Shown: positions 24,820 to 35,702 of the stretch, one piece after another
Position numbering within the stretch: position 1 is the stretch's first letter
How the letters are laid out: the number at the start of each line of letters is the position of its first letter
Origin: Kondoa subrosea
Taxonomy: Eukaryota
Length of the DNA stretch: 64,000 nt
NCBI GenBank assembly: GCA_039545335.1
Contig: BCIN01000002.1
Location: forward strand, 558,001 to 622,000
Direction of reading: 5' to 3'
The notes under the pieces: generated by a model
Database searches by the model: none
Told to the model about the DNA's origin: nothing
Seen by the model: only the letters and a program-made list of their open reading frames with translations
Made by a program: the position numbers and the translations under genes

Positions 24820-26103
24820 TCATTCTTGTTCGACTTTCTTAGGGATCCAACTTCCCTGTTATCATGATTCGAGTCAGATCTCGGAAGCGCAATAGCCATA
24901 AATCTTACAATGCCGAAATGTACCATGTATGCGTCGGGACTGAACTCGTTACCGGGTGCACGCCTCCCTTGCCAGACTTTGTTTCCTTCGTACACGCAAT
25001 TCAAGAAAGTAGAATGACCAATCATTTGAGGTTGTTTCGACCTGTAGAGTTCATGCATGGTTTTTTCGAGACTCTTGCCAGTTTCTGCTGCGATCTGATC
25101 TATTATAGCTGTAATGAACGTGTCTGGCCCTCTGCATGATTTGACCTCCGTGTAAGTACTGAGACAAGACAGATAAGTTGTGCTCACGCCGCTTTCATCA
25201 CATTCGTGAAGGTCCATTCTATACCTGCAATATCAGTCTCTTGCGCTTCAGCGAAACGAGCAATGTTGACCAGAGAGTATATTAAGTGTCGGCGAAGCAG
25301 CGGGCTCCGCTTTGCTGCATAGAAGCCCCAATTATGGAAGAAACCAGATGTATGCTGTTCGGTGACTGAAACAAGAAAGGTATCAGAAATGAACTATATC
25401 GCTCCCATGTAAACTCACAGCGCCAGAACCAGTTCACACCAATGATAGCCTCTGATTTTGCCCATTGCCCTTTGTCAATCCACTTATCAATAGGTTCACG
25501 ACAGATTGTATCTCTGTCAGAGTACAGGCCGCCTTCAATATACAGAACGGCAGAGCGCCAGAGATCAGTTTGGATGACTCGTTTGTTGTCTAAGCTGAAG
25601 TAAATATGCATGAAGTCCGGCATGTCGTGAAAGTGAGTGCGAATGAAATGATTCCTATCTTCATTGTGATGCAACTTGGAGCACATTGATCAGACTTGAT
25701 GTTGCAATCGCCTAGTACTCCACGCACATAATACTGCCATTCGGGATTCATATCGATCCATGTCTGTCGCCATTCAGCGTGACTATAGAAGCGATTTGTG
25801 TCAATCGAATCTTTACAGCCTACCTTCTTGTACCTACGCTTCATCCTCAGCGGTCTGCCAAATGATTCGGGAACGATCATTTGCCAGAATACTATGCTTC
25901 TCTCGCTCATCAAATTGCTGATTGAGACGAAACTCCAAATCTGCCATAGCTGGCGATTTTGGCACGCCTTGGAATGGACGTCGAGCCAATTCTCGCTTGA
26001 CATAAGGCTTCAGGTCTGGCTGTGCAGTGCTGAATGGATTGAAGAGGAAGAGTAGCGCAAATAGAAGCACGAGACCGACAGCATAACGAAACAGAGCAGG
26101 CAT
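24820..26103 (-). CDS. GT32 (Och1-like, DxD) glycosyltransferase, type II membrane protein
   Basis: N-terminal TM, IIWQT, TWIDMNPEWQY, DLWRSAVLYIEGGLYSDRDT, HFGI|GSW at the end. Confidence 0.85.
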
Positions 26104-26946
26104 TTCAAATCAGATGGTATGATGATAACCAAGCGAGGAAGAACTGATCTGTTCAAGAATGACTAACACAGGCGAGATGCACTGCCTAGGCTAAATGGGC
26201 GCGACAAATTACAATCACGTACGTACATCGAGAACCGCCATGATGGTCTAGAACAGCCATGCGAGAGACTGCAAAGCAAACGGAAGATAATGGGACTGCA
26301 GAGTTACAGGAATGCGAAGCAACAACAGGCTCTGACATGGTGTTTTTCAACAAAGAAGTCATCAGCGTAAACTAGTGGACTTGACCTATTTGAGCCTGTC
26401 GTGCCTGCCTGTTGCTTCTTCAATCGCTCGCCGGCACATGCCTCTTAATCTCCTCTGCAATTCTTTGTCTCTGGTTTCGATGGGAACTTCAAGTTGCATC
26501 TTGATTCTGATGGGCTGTCAGCTTCGTGTCGGCTTCGAACGCATTCGAGCATCACTTCAGCCCAATCAGACTGCACACGCACTCTTGTCACTGTTAGCCA
26601 TCGAGAAGAAGCTCTAGTAAATTTGATGCAGCATGACATTGCTGTGAAATGCCCATGTTTACGGGATATACACCCTGTTGGCGGATATAGTGGCACCACC
26701 CCATCGATGGCGGAAGGCGAAAGCCACAGAGCTGTCTCGTGCAGTTGTGATCGAAATCTTTGACGGCAAGAGATGTTCGTAGAGAGTTGGCATAAAGACC
26801 AAAATGCCTCTCCTTCTTGGTCTTCTCTCCATCTGTTCGCTTTACTTCTCATCCGGCACTCTATATCCTACAAGTCTGGTACTTTGGGATCTTCAATCAT
26901 TCACACTTAGAAATATATCAAGCTTTCAGTACTATATATCTCCACA

Positions 26947-28149
26947 ATGGCTCGCTTCAACTATATGCTCTGCTTCGCTGTTCTTCTCGCCGTCTTCTCA
27001 GTTGAAGCTCTTCCTACCCGCAGGTTCGGCAATATAAGAGCTCGATCAAACAATCGTCGGATCAAGGCATCTCAAGCCAAAGCGGGTTCCCCTCTGGACG
27101 ATCTCAGCAGACGTATTTCCGCTCTAGAACAATCGCTGGTCGATCCCAAGCAACATAAGCGAAGTGACCGTGAACCAGTTTATATCCATCATTCGGCAGG
27201 TCCGCAATACCAAAGGAAGCGCAGGTCGCTTCTCTCTTTCGGCAAGAGGCAAATGGAAGATGGTCCAGCTATCTATGCTGCCAACCTTCCACCTACTCCA
27301 ACAACCGGTCTTTGGGCGGATTATGCCAAAGCTCCAGCTTCAACAGCCGCTCAAAATGGTCAAGTCCTGATTGATGGTGCTAGCAAGTTTCATCAAGGGG
27401 CGCAAATGTTAGCTCGAGCACCAGTAGTGGGACGTAGGCAATTACAAGATGGTCAGATGGCTGCAACCGATGAGTTAGTCTCTCGCTTCCAAATGCTTTC
27501 GCCTGTTCTGACATTCAAGTTCAGCTCGGCACCAACTTTCGTTCAGGAAGATACTTTTCCTGCTCCCACGCAGACTGATGCACCTGAACAAATCACTCGC
27601 ACCTATGTGGAGGTTCTAGAAGCAGCTACAGTCATCATACCATCGCTCGATCAAAATGGCTATCCGATAGGACCAGCAACAACAGAAGTACTCTACAAAC
27701 CAGCAGCATCAGGTGGACGGGTTCTACTGGAGGAACATTCCAGCTCAAGTAGCAGCAGCAAAGCTTCGTCGAGCGCCTCTTCATCATCACGAGCTTCTTC
27801 TACAGCTAAACCCACATCCATCTCATCATCTCATTCTGCAACTTACTCAAGCATGTCCGCTAGCTCCGGATCGGCATCAGACTCTGCCAGTTCTGCTCGA
27901 GAATCAGAAAGTGCTTCAATGTCTATGCCTGCTTCAAATTCAGCATCAATGTCAGCCTCAATGTCAGGTTCCGCTTCAACAAGTCAAGCTACAGAATCAG
28001 CATCCAAGGCCGAAGAATCGCAATCTAGCTCTGAATCAAGCTCAAGTATGGCTTCGGAAACCATGGAACCAAATGAGTTCTTGGTCAGTGCGAACGTAGA
28101 AGCGGTCCCAGCGCCCACCGCTACCGGGTTTACGGATAAATGGTCATAG
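26947..28149 (+). CDS. Secreted Ser/Thr-rich protein with multiple dibasic (Kex2-like) sites
   Basis: 400-aa ORF with a signal peptide, at least six RR/KR sites and a Ser-rich C-terminal third; probable in-frame intron about 27474-27524. Confidence 0.75.
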   Translation: MARFNYMLCFAVLLAVFSVEALPTRRFGNIRARSNNRRIKASQAKAGSPLDDLSRRISALEQSLVDPKQHKRSDREPVYIHHSAGPQYQRKRRSLLSFGKRQMEDGPAIYAANLPPTPTTGLWADYAKAPASTAAQNGQVLIDGASKFHQGAQMLARAPVVGRRQLQDGQMAATDELVSRFQMLSPVLTFKFSSAPTFVQEDTFPAPTQTDAPEQITRTYVEVLEAATVIIPSLDQNGYPIGPATTEVLYKPAASGGRVLLEEHSSSSSSSKASSSASSSSRASSTAKPTSISSSHSATYSSMSASSGSASDSASSARESESASMSMPASNSASMSASMSGSASTSQATESASKAEESQSSSESSSSMASETMEPNEFLVSANVEAVPAPTATGFTDKWS

Positions 28150-28308
28150 ATCTGTACAGTAGTGACGCACATCTATGCGAATGCAATCGAATGTAATATG
28201 CACGAGATGACAACAATGCGAAAATCAACCTTAGCTCCATCTTCTTACCCATGCCGAACTGATTCGCTTGAAGAATCGGCTGAATATGACCTTGTCACTG
28301 CTCATTTG

Positions 28309-29846
28309 TCATCGATAGCCACCTCTAGTCCTTATGCCCATGCTCTTTAGTTTCTCACAACTCTTGAGCTTCTCCTGACTCAGTGCAGCTAGCTTCTCTT
28401 CATCTCTCCCGATCCCTAAGAAACCCATAGCAGACTGTCTTCTCCTAGTCCAAGAATCCTGTTCGTTTTCGCATCTCGCGCTCAAAGTATTCACATAGTG
28501 CTGTTCCAAATCCCTTTCAAAAACAAGCAGACTTCTAGGAATCTTGAGCTTCTCTTTCGATCCAAAAATCTGTTGAACTACATTCCCTGTCGAAGGTTGC
28601 AGATAGTACCATTTCTCGTCTGTCACTTTCGCTACTGATCCTTGTTGCTTGATCAAGTCTGCCAGACCAGCATTCAAATTCAGTAGATCTTCGTATTGTC
28701 TTGTATGTGAGAAATCGGTTTCGTCCAAGAAGTAATCTACATTGTAACTTGCTGATTTCCTCGCTAAAGAGTATTTGCCCGTGCTTGAAGGATAAGGGTC
28801 AAATGTATAGTTTGGATCTGGTTTGCTTGGGAAAAGAAGAGAGGGAAGTTGTGTGAGGATAGAGAAACCGACAAGAAGAATAAGGGGAAGAAGTTGAACA
28901 AGCAATGAAGAGTTTTGACCATTTTGTTGACCAGCTCCTTGTTGCTGCGGTCGGCGCCTCGGTTGATTGCCAAAGGTATGCACTCGTACACCAGGTCCGC
29001 CGAATGAACCTTGAAATCCACCTCCGCTAAGATAAATTTGTTCAGCTATAAGGCACTCTGTGAGGGGCAGAACATACCCGAAGAACATATTGAACAACTC
29101 TTCGGGTGAGACTTCTGCTCCTCCGCCAAAGCCTTGTCCACCACCACCTCGAAACATTGGACTTCCACCTCCTGCAGAAGGCATCGATCGATCATCTGGC
29201 GATGTCCCATATCTGTCAAAGTGCGCTCTTTTATCTGGATCTGAGAGTGTTTGGAAGGCGGTGGAGACCACTGCATAATAACAGAATGCATCAGCATGTA
29301 AACTGGATTGATGTTGATTGCTACAACGAACGCTTGAATGCTTCGTCTGCTCCTGGTGCGCCATTCTTATCAGGATGTAATAATAATGAATGTTTCCTGT
29401 AAGCTTTCTTGATATCTCCCTCTGAACATTTCGTATCTTTGAGAGCCAAAATCTCATAATACGCTGTCGCTTTGCAAGATCTGATTCGTTTGACATCAGC
29501 TAACTGTTCGGGTGTATATTTCCTTGCTTCAGCAGCTGGTGTAGTAGGTTTCTGGCTAGAACTACTTTTGCTGGAAGATGCAGATGTGGAAGCTTGCGAA
29601 GATGTATTTGATTTCGAGGAGCTGGGATTAGCAGCTTGCTGTTTGATTTGTACTAATAGTGATGTAGCTTCTGGACTGGAATGAATCTTGATAGCCTTAT
29701 TACACATTCGCTCAGCAGTTGCATAGTTGCCCTCGGCCAGATGCTGCATCCAAATACCTTGAGCCTCATGACGTATGATCTGCAGCGTATAGGCTCACTT
29801 TTCGAGCTATACCCAGCGCTACAGCTGCATCCTCCTTGTTATCCAT
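28309..29846 (-). CDS. ER membrane DnaJ protein (Hlj1/DNAJB12-like; J-domain, G/F region, TM, DUF1977-like tail)
   Basis: [36 protein letters not shown]-rich linker, TM, C-terminal Cys pair. Confidence 0.9.
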
Positions 29847-30655
29847 TTCTCGTCCTTTTCGCTGGAAATTGCGTTCCTGCAGACGGGCGGCAAGGGGAAT
29901 CAAGACCAAGGGTATACAGCACGCCTTTTCCTGCAAGGGCTCTGGTATTTCTTTGCGCAAGATGATCGCTATCAGACAAGCCTTATATTCGAAATTCGTT
30001 GAATCGCATCGGCCATCTGTCTGTTAATCTTCTGTTTCTGCTTGATTGGCGGAATTACAATTACTTGTTGGATCAGGCTTGGCGCCAGATTACCCACAGA
30101 AATTGTGCGTAGCTCGTTCATTTAAAGTGTTTGTGGACAATGTAGGCGGTCTCAAGTCTGGCTTTGATTATTACTCGATCACGTACTATATTGCGATCTT
30201 GTATAGCGGCAGGCTGCTTTCAGCCATCGCATACTTCTATTGAGCACTGTCCAGGTCGAAAGTGCATTGCTGTCTCATCACTCTATCTCGCTTCTTCGCA
30301 GTCTCTAAGTAGCTTCTTCGTTCTTCTACTGTACTGCCTTGCTTCGTGTTCGCCCTCTTAGAAATGGCAGACACGCAAGCAAATTAGTGTTTCGCACTTC
30401 TGTCATCGCGGATGGACCCGCGTTCAGCGAGGGCAAAGCAGCGGTGCCATTGCAGAAGAGACAGTAAAGAGGGCTGGAGAAGGGCCGCTTCTCGAATGGA
30501 ACAGTCTCGCTGCTATAACGTATCATTTGGAAGACCACAGCCTAATCTTAAAACCTACGCGGTGAAGATAAAAAGTCAAGTACGGTCAAGCAATCACATT
30601 TGTGACATCAAAATGAGTTGAACTGTAGACTACACATCGACTATACAAGACTCTC

Positions 30656-31629
30656 TCACGAATACACTTTTGTCCATTCTGCGGCCGGATCAAGTACAGC
30701 TGCAGCAGCTTTCCAAGCTTCGTACAACTCCTTCGCATACGGCTTATAATTATACTGCGGCGGTTCTCCTCTATATTGAGCGTGTTCACATTCATCATCC
30801 TCATATTGCGAAATTTCTCTGTTCAGGGTGTGATGAAGTACGAGAAAGCGATTTCGTTGTGGCTCGATACTTTGATAGAAGGTCTTAGTCTGCAGAGAGA
30901 TCATGAGACCAAGATTCAATGAGCATACTGGTAATTAATTGGACGAACAAGATTTCTTGCTCCTTCAAAACCGATTGATGGATCCCAATTATCCGTCTTA
31001 CTTATAGCCGACCATGTCCCGCAGTATTTGAGACATGCAGCAGCTAAAGCAGGCTGTTTGTATGTGTGTGCCATCACATAGTATTGCATCGCTTTCGAAT
31101 TCGACAGGGTCCTGACGAAAAACAGCCTTTCAGATCATCGCACACCAGAAGACACAGAGACGAACTGACCTTCTTGGGTTGTTGCTCAATATGCAGGTTG
31201 TCAAAGCTCCAGCTGCACTGACTAGAGCTCGTGCCATTCCAAGCTTATCTATAGAGTCAGAGCTTTATCAGAGAGATGATTGGTACATCATCAGCAACAC
31301 GTACCTGCAGCACCCATCGTTGCCATGAGCAAGTCTGTGTTCTTTCCATCCAACGAATGATCGAAATCATACTGCAGCGAAGGATAGGCGTGAAACAAGA
31401 GGATATCGAGGACAGCAGCCGACTCGCTCATTTGTACAGTTGGTAGCTCGTCCTGAATTTGTACTGGAGCTGTCACATCGCTGAAGAGATTCTCAAAGAA
31501 GATTGAAGTGGTTCCCAAGTATCGCTTGTGAGCGTAGAACTTGACTCCCTCGGATGATAGTAAGCAGATGTCAGGCTGTCCGGCACTTAGAGGTGCTGAG
31601 AAGCGAGGTACAGCGTGGTCCATTTCCAT
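30656..31629 (-). CDS. Fungal BTB/POZ domain protein
   Basis: DICLLSSEGVKFYAHKRYLGTTSIFFENLF...MSESAAVLDILLFHAYP; downstream exons end WTKVYS*. Confidence 0.8.
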
Positions 31630-32440
31630 GCTTAGACGTTTGGCTTGGGGTTTCTATAGTAGTTGACAGATCGGCCCTTGACAGAGATGCAGTAGAGCTT
31701 AGTGAGGTAACTGTTCAAAATCCGGATGAGATTGTCCATTGCAGCAGATCAAGCAAGTAAGCAAGCCTCTCAGCACAAAGACGTGACCGAAAAGTAAATA
31801 TTACGTAAGCGAAGTTTATTGGCGAAGTATCTATAGTGACGGATGCTTCGCACACCACGCATCACCCCTATCCTTCTGCGATGCAAGTTCGAAACGAAAA
31901 CAAGAAGTCTTGTAGCAAAGTCATTTAAACAGGTGGTCATTGCAGGAAGAGGCACGGAGACACAATGTAGGTTGAGTACTCGATGCTCAGACGTGGCTAG
32001 TGATCATTCGCTCTTAAGAGGTCAATGTAAACCTGCGGCTCATTTATTTCGGCTCAGTCAATTCCAGCGCACATTAATGATATTCATCAATGTATGCGTA
32101 GCCGAATCTTCACAAGTGCACATTTGCATCTGATGTCTTACACAATTAGACGCCCAACACTGAAAGTTACTCAGCATGGCGTCAGGAGCAAGGTACTGGA
32201 GGAAGGCTCACAATGCACAGAAAATATACCCAGGGTGTCCTAACTGACTTGGTATCGGTTTCTCTTGACATGCGACAGCCCAGCTGTATAGCATATCCGA
32301 TCCTTTTGCTGCGCGACTTTTCGGATTCCCTCGACGGAGACTGAACGCAGCAAGCCAATCCTATCCACAAGCCCAACAGAAAGTTCTGGCCCGGAATAAG
32401 CAGAGGCTCGACGTCTTGTAATGCTAACTCACCTATACCA

Positions 32441-33202
32441 TCACATTGTATGCGTGCTACCCTGTCCGCCTTCCTTTTCCATCTTTACTCTTTGAAGCTT
32501 CTGCAGGAAACTGTGGGACAACGCAGAGACTCAGATTCAGTAATCAAGCAGCTCGCGTAGACCCACCCAGTAGCTAAGGTCTCCACCCATACGGCTTCAT
32601 CTTTCCCTCTTTGCCTGCTTGTTCGAGCACTGTCCGGCGGAACATCTTGAGCCCTGTTTAATCCGCTTGAGCACACAGTTGGACATGTCACTTGAGACTG
32701 ACCAGCATGCATCCGCTACAGTCTTGAGCTGCAAATGAGTCAAAGTCTTGCCTTCTTCGAAAACTGGTAAATCCGGGACAGAATTCAACAGCGTCTTGAT
32801 GATTCTATTGTTCGGTAAAGGTAGAGCAGTGTTGGAAATAGGTTCATAAGAAGCCAAATGAGCTGAGTCGATACTTTGTTCTGTCAAATTCGCATCCACT
32901 TGCACATCTTCAATTGTCTCAGGCCAAACGAAGGCTTCTGGTGGTTGAACGACAGGTGAAAGTGGTTGAGCTTCTGGATCAGGTAAGGAGATTGGTAAGG
33001 GCTTCTTGGAGCTTGGTAGAGGTGGGTTCTCGGTCAAAATCTGGAATTCTTTTCGTAACACTTCTGCTTGTCTGACATTGATATATCGCTGCAGTGTCGA
33101 CGCGTCTAGCGTATCTAGGATCGAAGGTAGCGCAACAGCGGCATTTGCAGCTGATTCAGAGGTTTCGGTCATTGTTTGCAAAAGAGGGGTAGCGAGCATC
33201 AT
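32441..33202 (-). CDS. Hypothetical protein (separate gene, or spliced C-terminal extension of the upstream double GNAT)
   Basis: 201-aa ORF plus two plausible downstream exons ending GSTHTM*; no family recognised. Confidence 0.5.
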
Positions 33203-33297
33203 CGGATGCCTTGGTCTCAGGCTTGCACAACTACATGTAAACCAGTCATGTAAAGCATAAGCAGATGCGAATTAGTGTTGCGACCTTCGAGCTAGCC

Positions 33298-35096
33298 TCA
33301 CTTGCGCACTCCAACATTTGCTAGTGCATCCTTTTGCAGTTGTTGGATATCGATGTTGGCCTAAAGAAACCATCAGACCTGATTTAATGAGCGGTAGTAT
33401 GCTTAGCACTTACAGCATTCTGTAGCTCTTTGCGCAACCAAGCTACATCTAACCATTCTCCGTTCTTGACTTCGAATCTAGGTGCAGTAACAACATGCTT
33501 GAAACCGGCTTTCATAGCTGACATTACTCCTGCCGAGTTGACGCAATGACAGTCCGCCTAATCAGACGCGTCAGCATGCAAACAGATGGAATTGATCAAG
33601 CCAAGAGTTCACTATCAGAACATGCAAATTCTTTCTCGTGATAGCTGGATGTCGGATGAATCGCTTGTAAAGATGCTCTCCAAGTTTGCGTCTATACATG
33701 CCGTCAGTATATAGATGACTTTTGATTGAAAGACTTACCTCCGAGCTTGAGGCGTGAAGAAAGCGGAAATGAATGCGGTGAAAGGATAAGCTTGATCTCT
33801 GCAATGTCTGTCAGTACTGTGCTGACAGAGATAGATAATCCCTTACTTGTGTGCTATTGGATCGAGATGCATGTAGCCGACTGGAATGTCGTTCTCCAAG
33901 ACCAGCATAACAGGGTAGCCTTCCGCTTGTAATTCGTCAAACCATTCCTTCCGTTCTTCAAAGGTACGATCTGAATAATATTCGAGTGCCTAATACTATA
34001 TTAGCTAGAATTGTTCATTGAGGAACAGGACTGACCAAAGTATTCGCAATCACTTCGTTGTAGATATCAGTAAGGAAAGGTAAATCTTCCTCTGTAGCGT
34101 CTCTACAAGTGACGACAGGCTTCTCATCCGTCTCAGCTGCTTCTACTTTGGCAATTGGAAGTTGCTTGCGAGGAGTGATGCCTAGCTCGGTGATATCTGG
34201 AGTGTAAGGTAATTGAATGTGAAAGAAGCATTGACTGTTGCGATATAGAGTTAGTGTAAGGACTTAGAAACGGATGGAACAGACTCGACAAATTTTCCGT
34301 TGACATAGCCAACCTTGTCGACTGTTCCCAGATGCTTGAATCCGCTGTGTCCGCATGTGTAAGCCTAAAATCATTGATCGCAGCAGAGTCATACAAGCGT
34401 TGCACCGCTTTGATTCCAGCAGTGTTACAGGCCAATAGCTTAACTAGTGACCGCATGAGTTGTGGCAGATGTATCTGAAAAGAAGACGCTCACTCAGAAC
34501 AGTATATAGAGTCCGCTTGATAGTGAATGGATGTTCCACAACAGATCGCCAAAGCGCCTTTCCAAGACCTTTACGGCGACTGCGTAAACAAAAGTCAGCT
34601 ATTGCTATTCGAAGCGATGGAGGATCTAGAGCACTCACTGACTAGCCAAGACACACATCTGTGGTCGGACAGTGAAAAAAGAGCAGATATCTCTTGAAAA
34701 TAAATCCCAAGGCTCGAGAGCAGCGAAACCGACGACTAGCCCGAATTCTCTGGCGATGACAATAGGATATTCAGCCCTAATCATCTCCGCCAACCATACG
34801 GTTCTTTCTTCCAGAGGTCTTTCGACAACCCAATCGAGTAAAGTCTTCTCTCTAATTACAGAATTGAAGAGATCATTCAAAGCAGAAGCATCGTGAATTG
34901 TTGCATCAGAGAGGGTGATTGTTGATGGTATGGAGAAAGATTGATGCAAAGCTGCTATAGGCAAAGGACTTTTGGATGAAGCGAAGTTGAGAGGCGAGAA
35001 AGAAGTTGCTAAGATGGAAGAAGGAGGAGAAGGGAACTGCTCTTGACCCGTAGGAGACATCGGCAGATGCAAAGCGGAGGGAGCTACAGGAGACAT
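33298..35096 (-). CDS. Tandem double-GNAT acetyltransferase, Pat/YncA (phosphinothricin/methionine-sulfoximine acetyltransferase)-like
   Basis: Domain 1: DATIHDASALNDLFNSVI..RPLEERTVWL..RRKGLGKAL..VGYVNGKFVD. Domain 2: RDATEEDLPFLTDIYNEVIANT..RTFEERKEWF..GYPV..GFKHV..NGEWLDVAWL. One exon bridges both domains. Confidence 0.75.
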
Positions 35097-35702
35097 GATC
35101 AATAGAGAAAGAAGGAAGAGAAGCATTGCTGGAGAGCAAGCAGAGTCTGAAAGGCAGTGTTTGTTCTCGGCAGTGTTGTACTGCAATGCTTTCGCGAGGA
35201 AAGCAGAGCAAGTAGACCTACAGGTCACGCTTGAACAGAATCACAGAAACACAGCAGAAGAACAGACATGGTGAGCTTCAGCCTCCGTCCAGAAAATTGA
35301 AGGCTCATCCAAAGAGCGAGATGTCCAGATCTCAGATAAAACAGACGCAGAGATAGATCGCTGTATATCAGTCGCACTGCACCCCAAATAGCAGCCTTGC
35401 AAATTTTCGAGCTTCCCTTTGTGCCAGGCATGACCCCATCTTGAGCATTGACGATGAACCCTTGAATGCAAAGGACGATACCAGTATAAGATACCCCTCG
35501 AACGTAGATATACGAGCAGCTACTATAGCCAAGCAGCCCTTTTCTCAGTCGTTGAACAATACCAAGCTTGCATTATCGACTGGCGCTAGCATAGCAAGAG
35601 ATTTAGGCAGCTGTCGCCTGTTCAAAGCGTCCAGACGACCCTACTACTCCCCTAGCCAGGCTTGTCATCAAGTAGACTTCACTTGCCGCGAACTCTGCAA
35701 GG

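Noticed and set aside
27230..27250. SLLSFGKR as an amidated neuropeptide-like motif
   Set aside because: Single occurrence and no evidence for an amidating enzyme; kept only as one of the dibasic sites.
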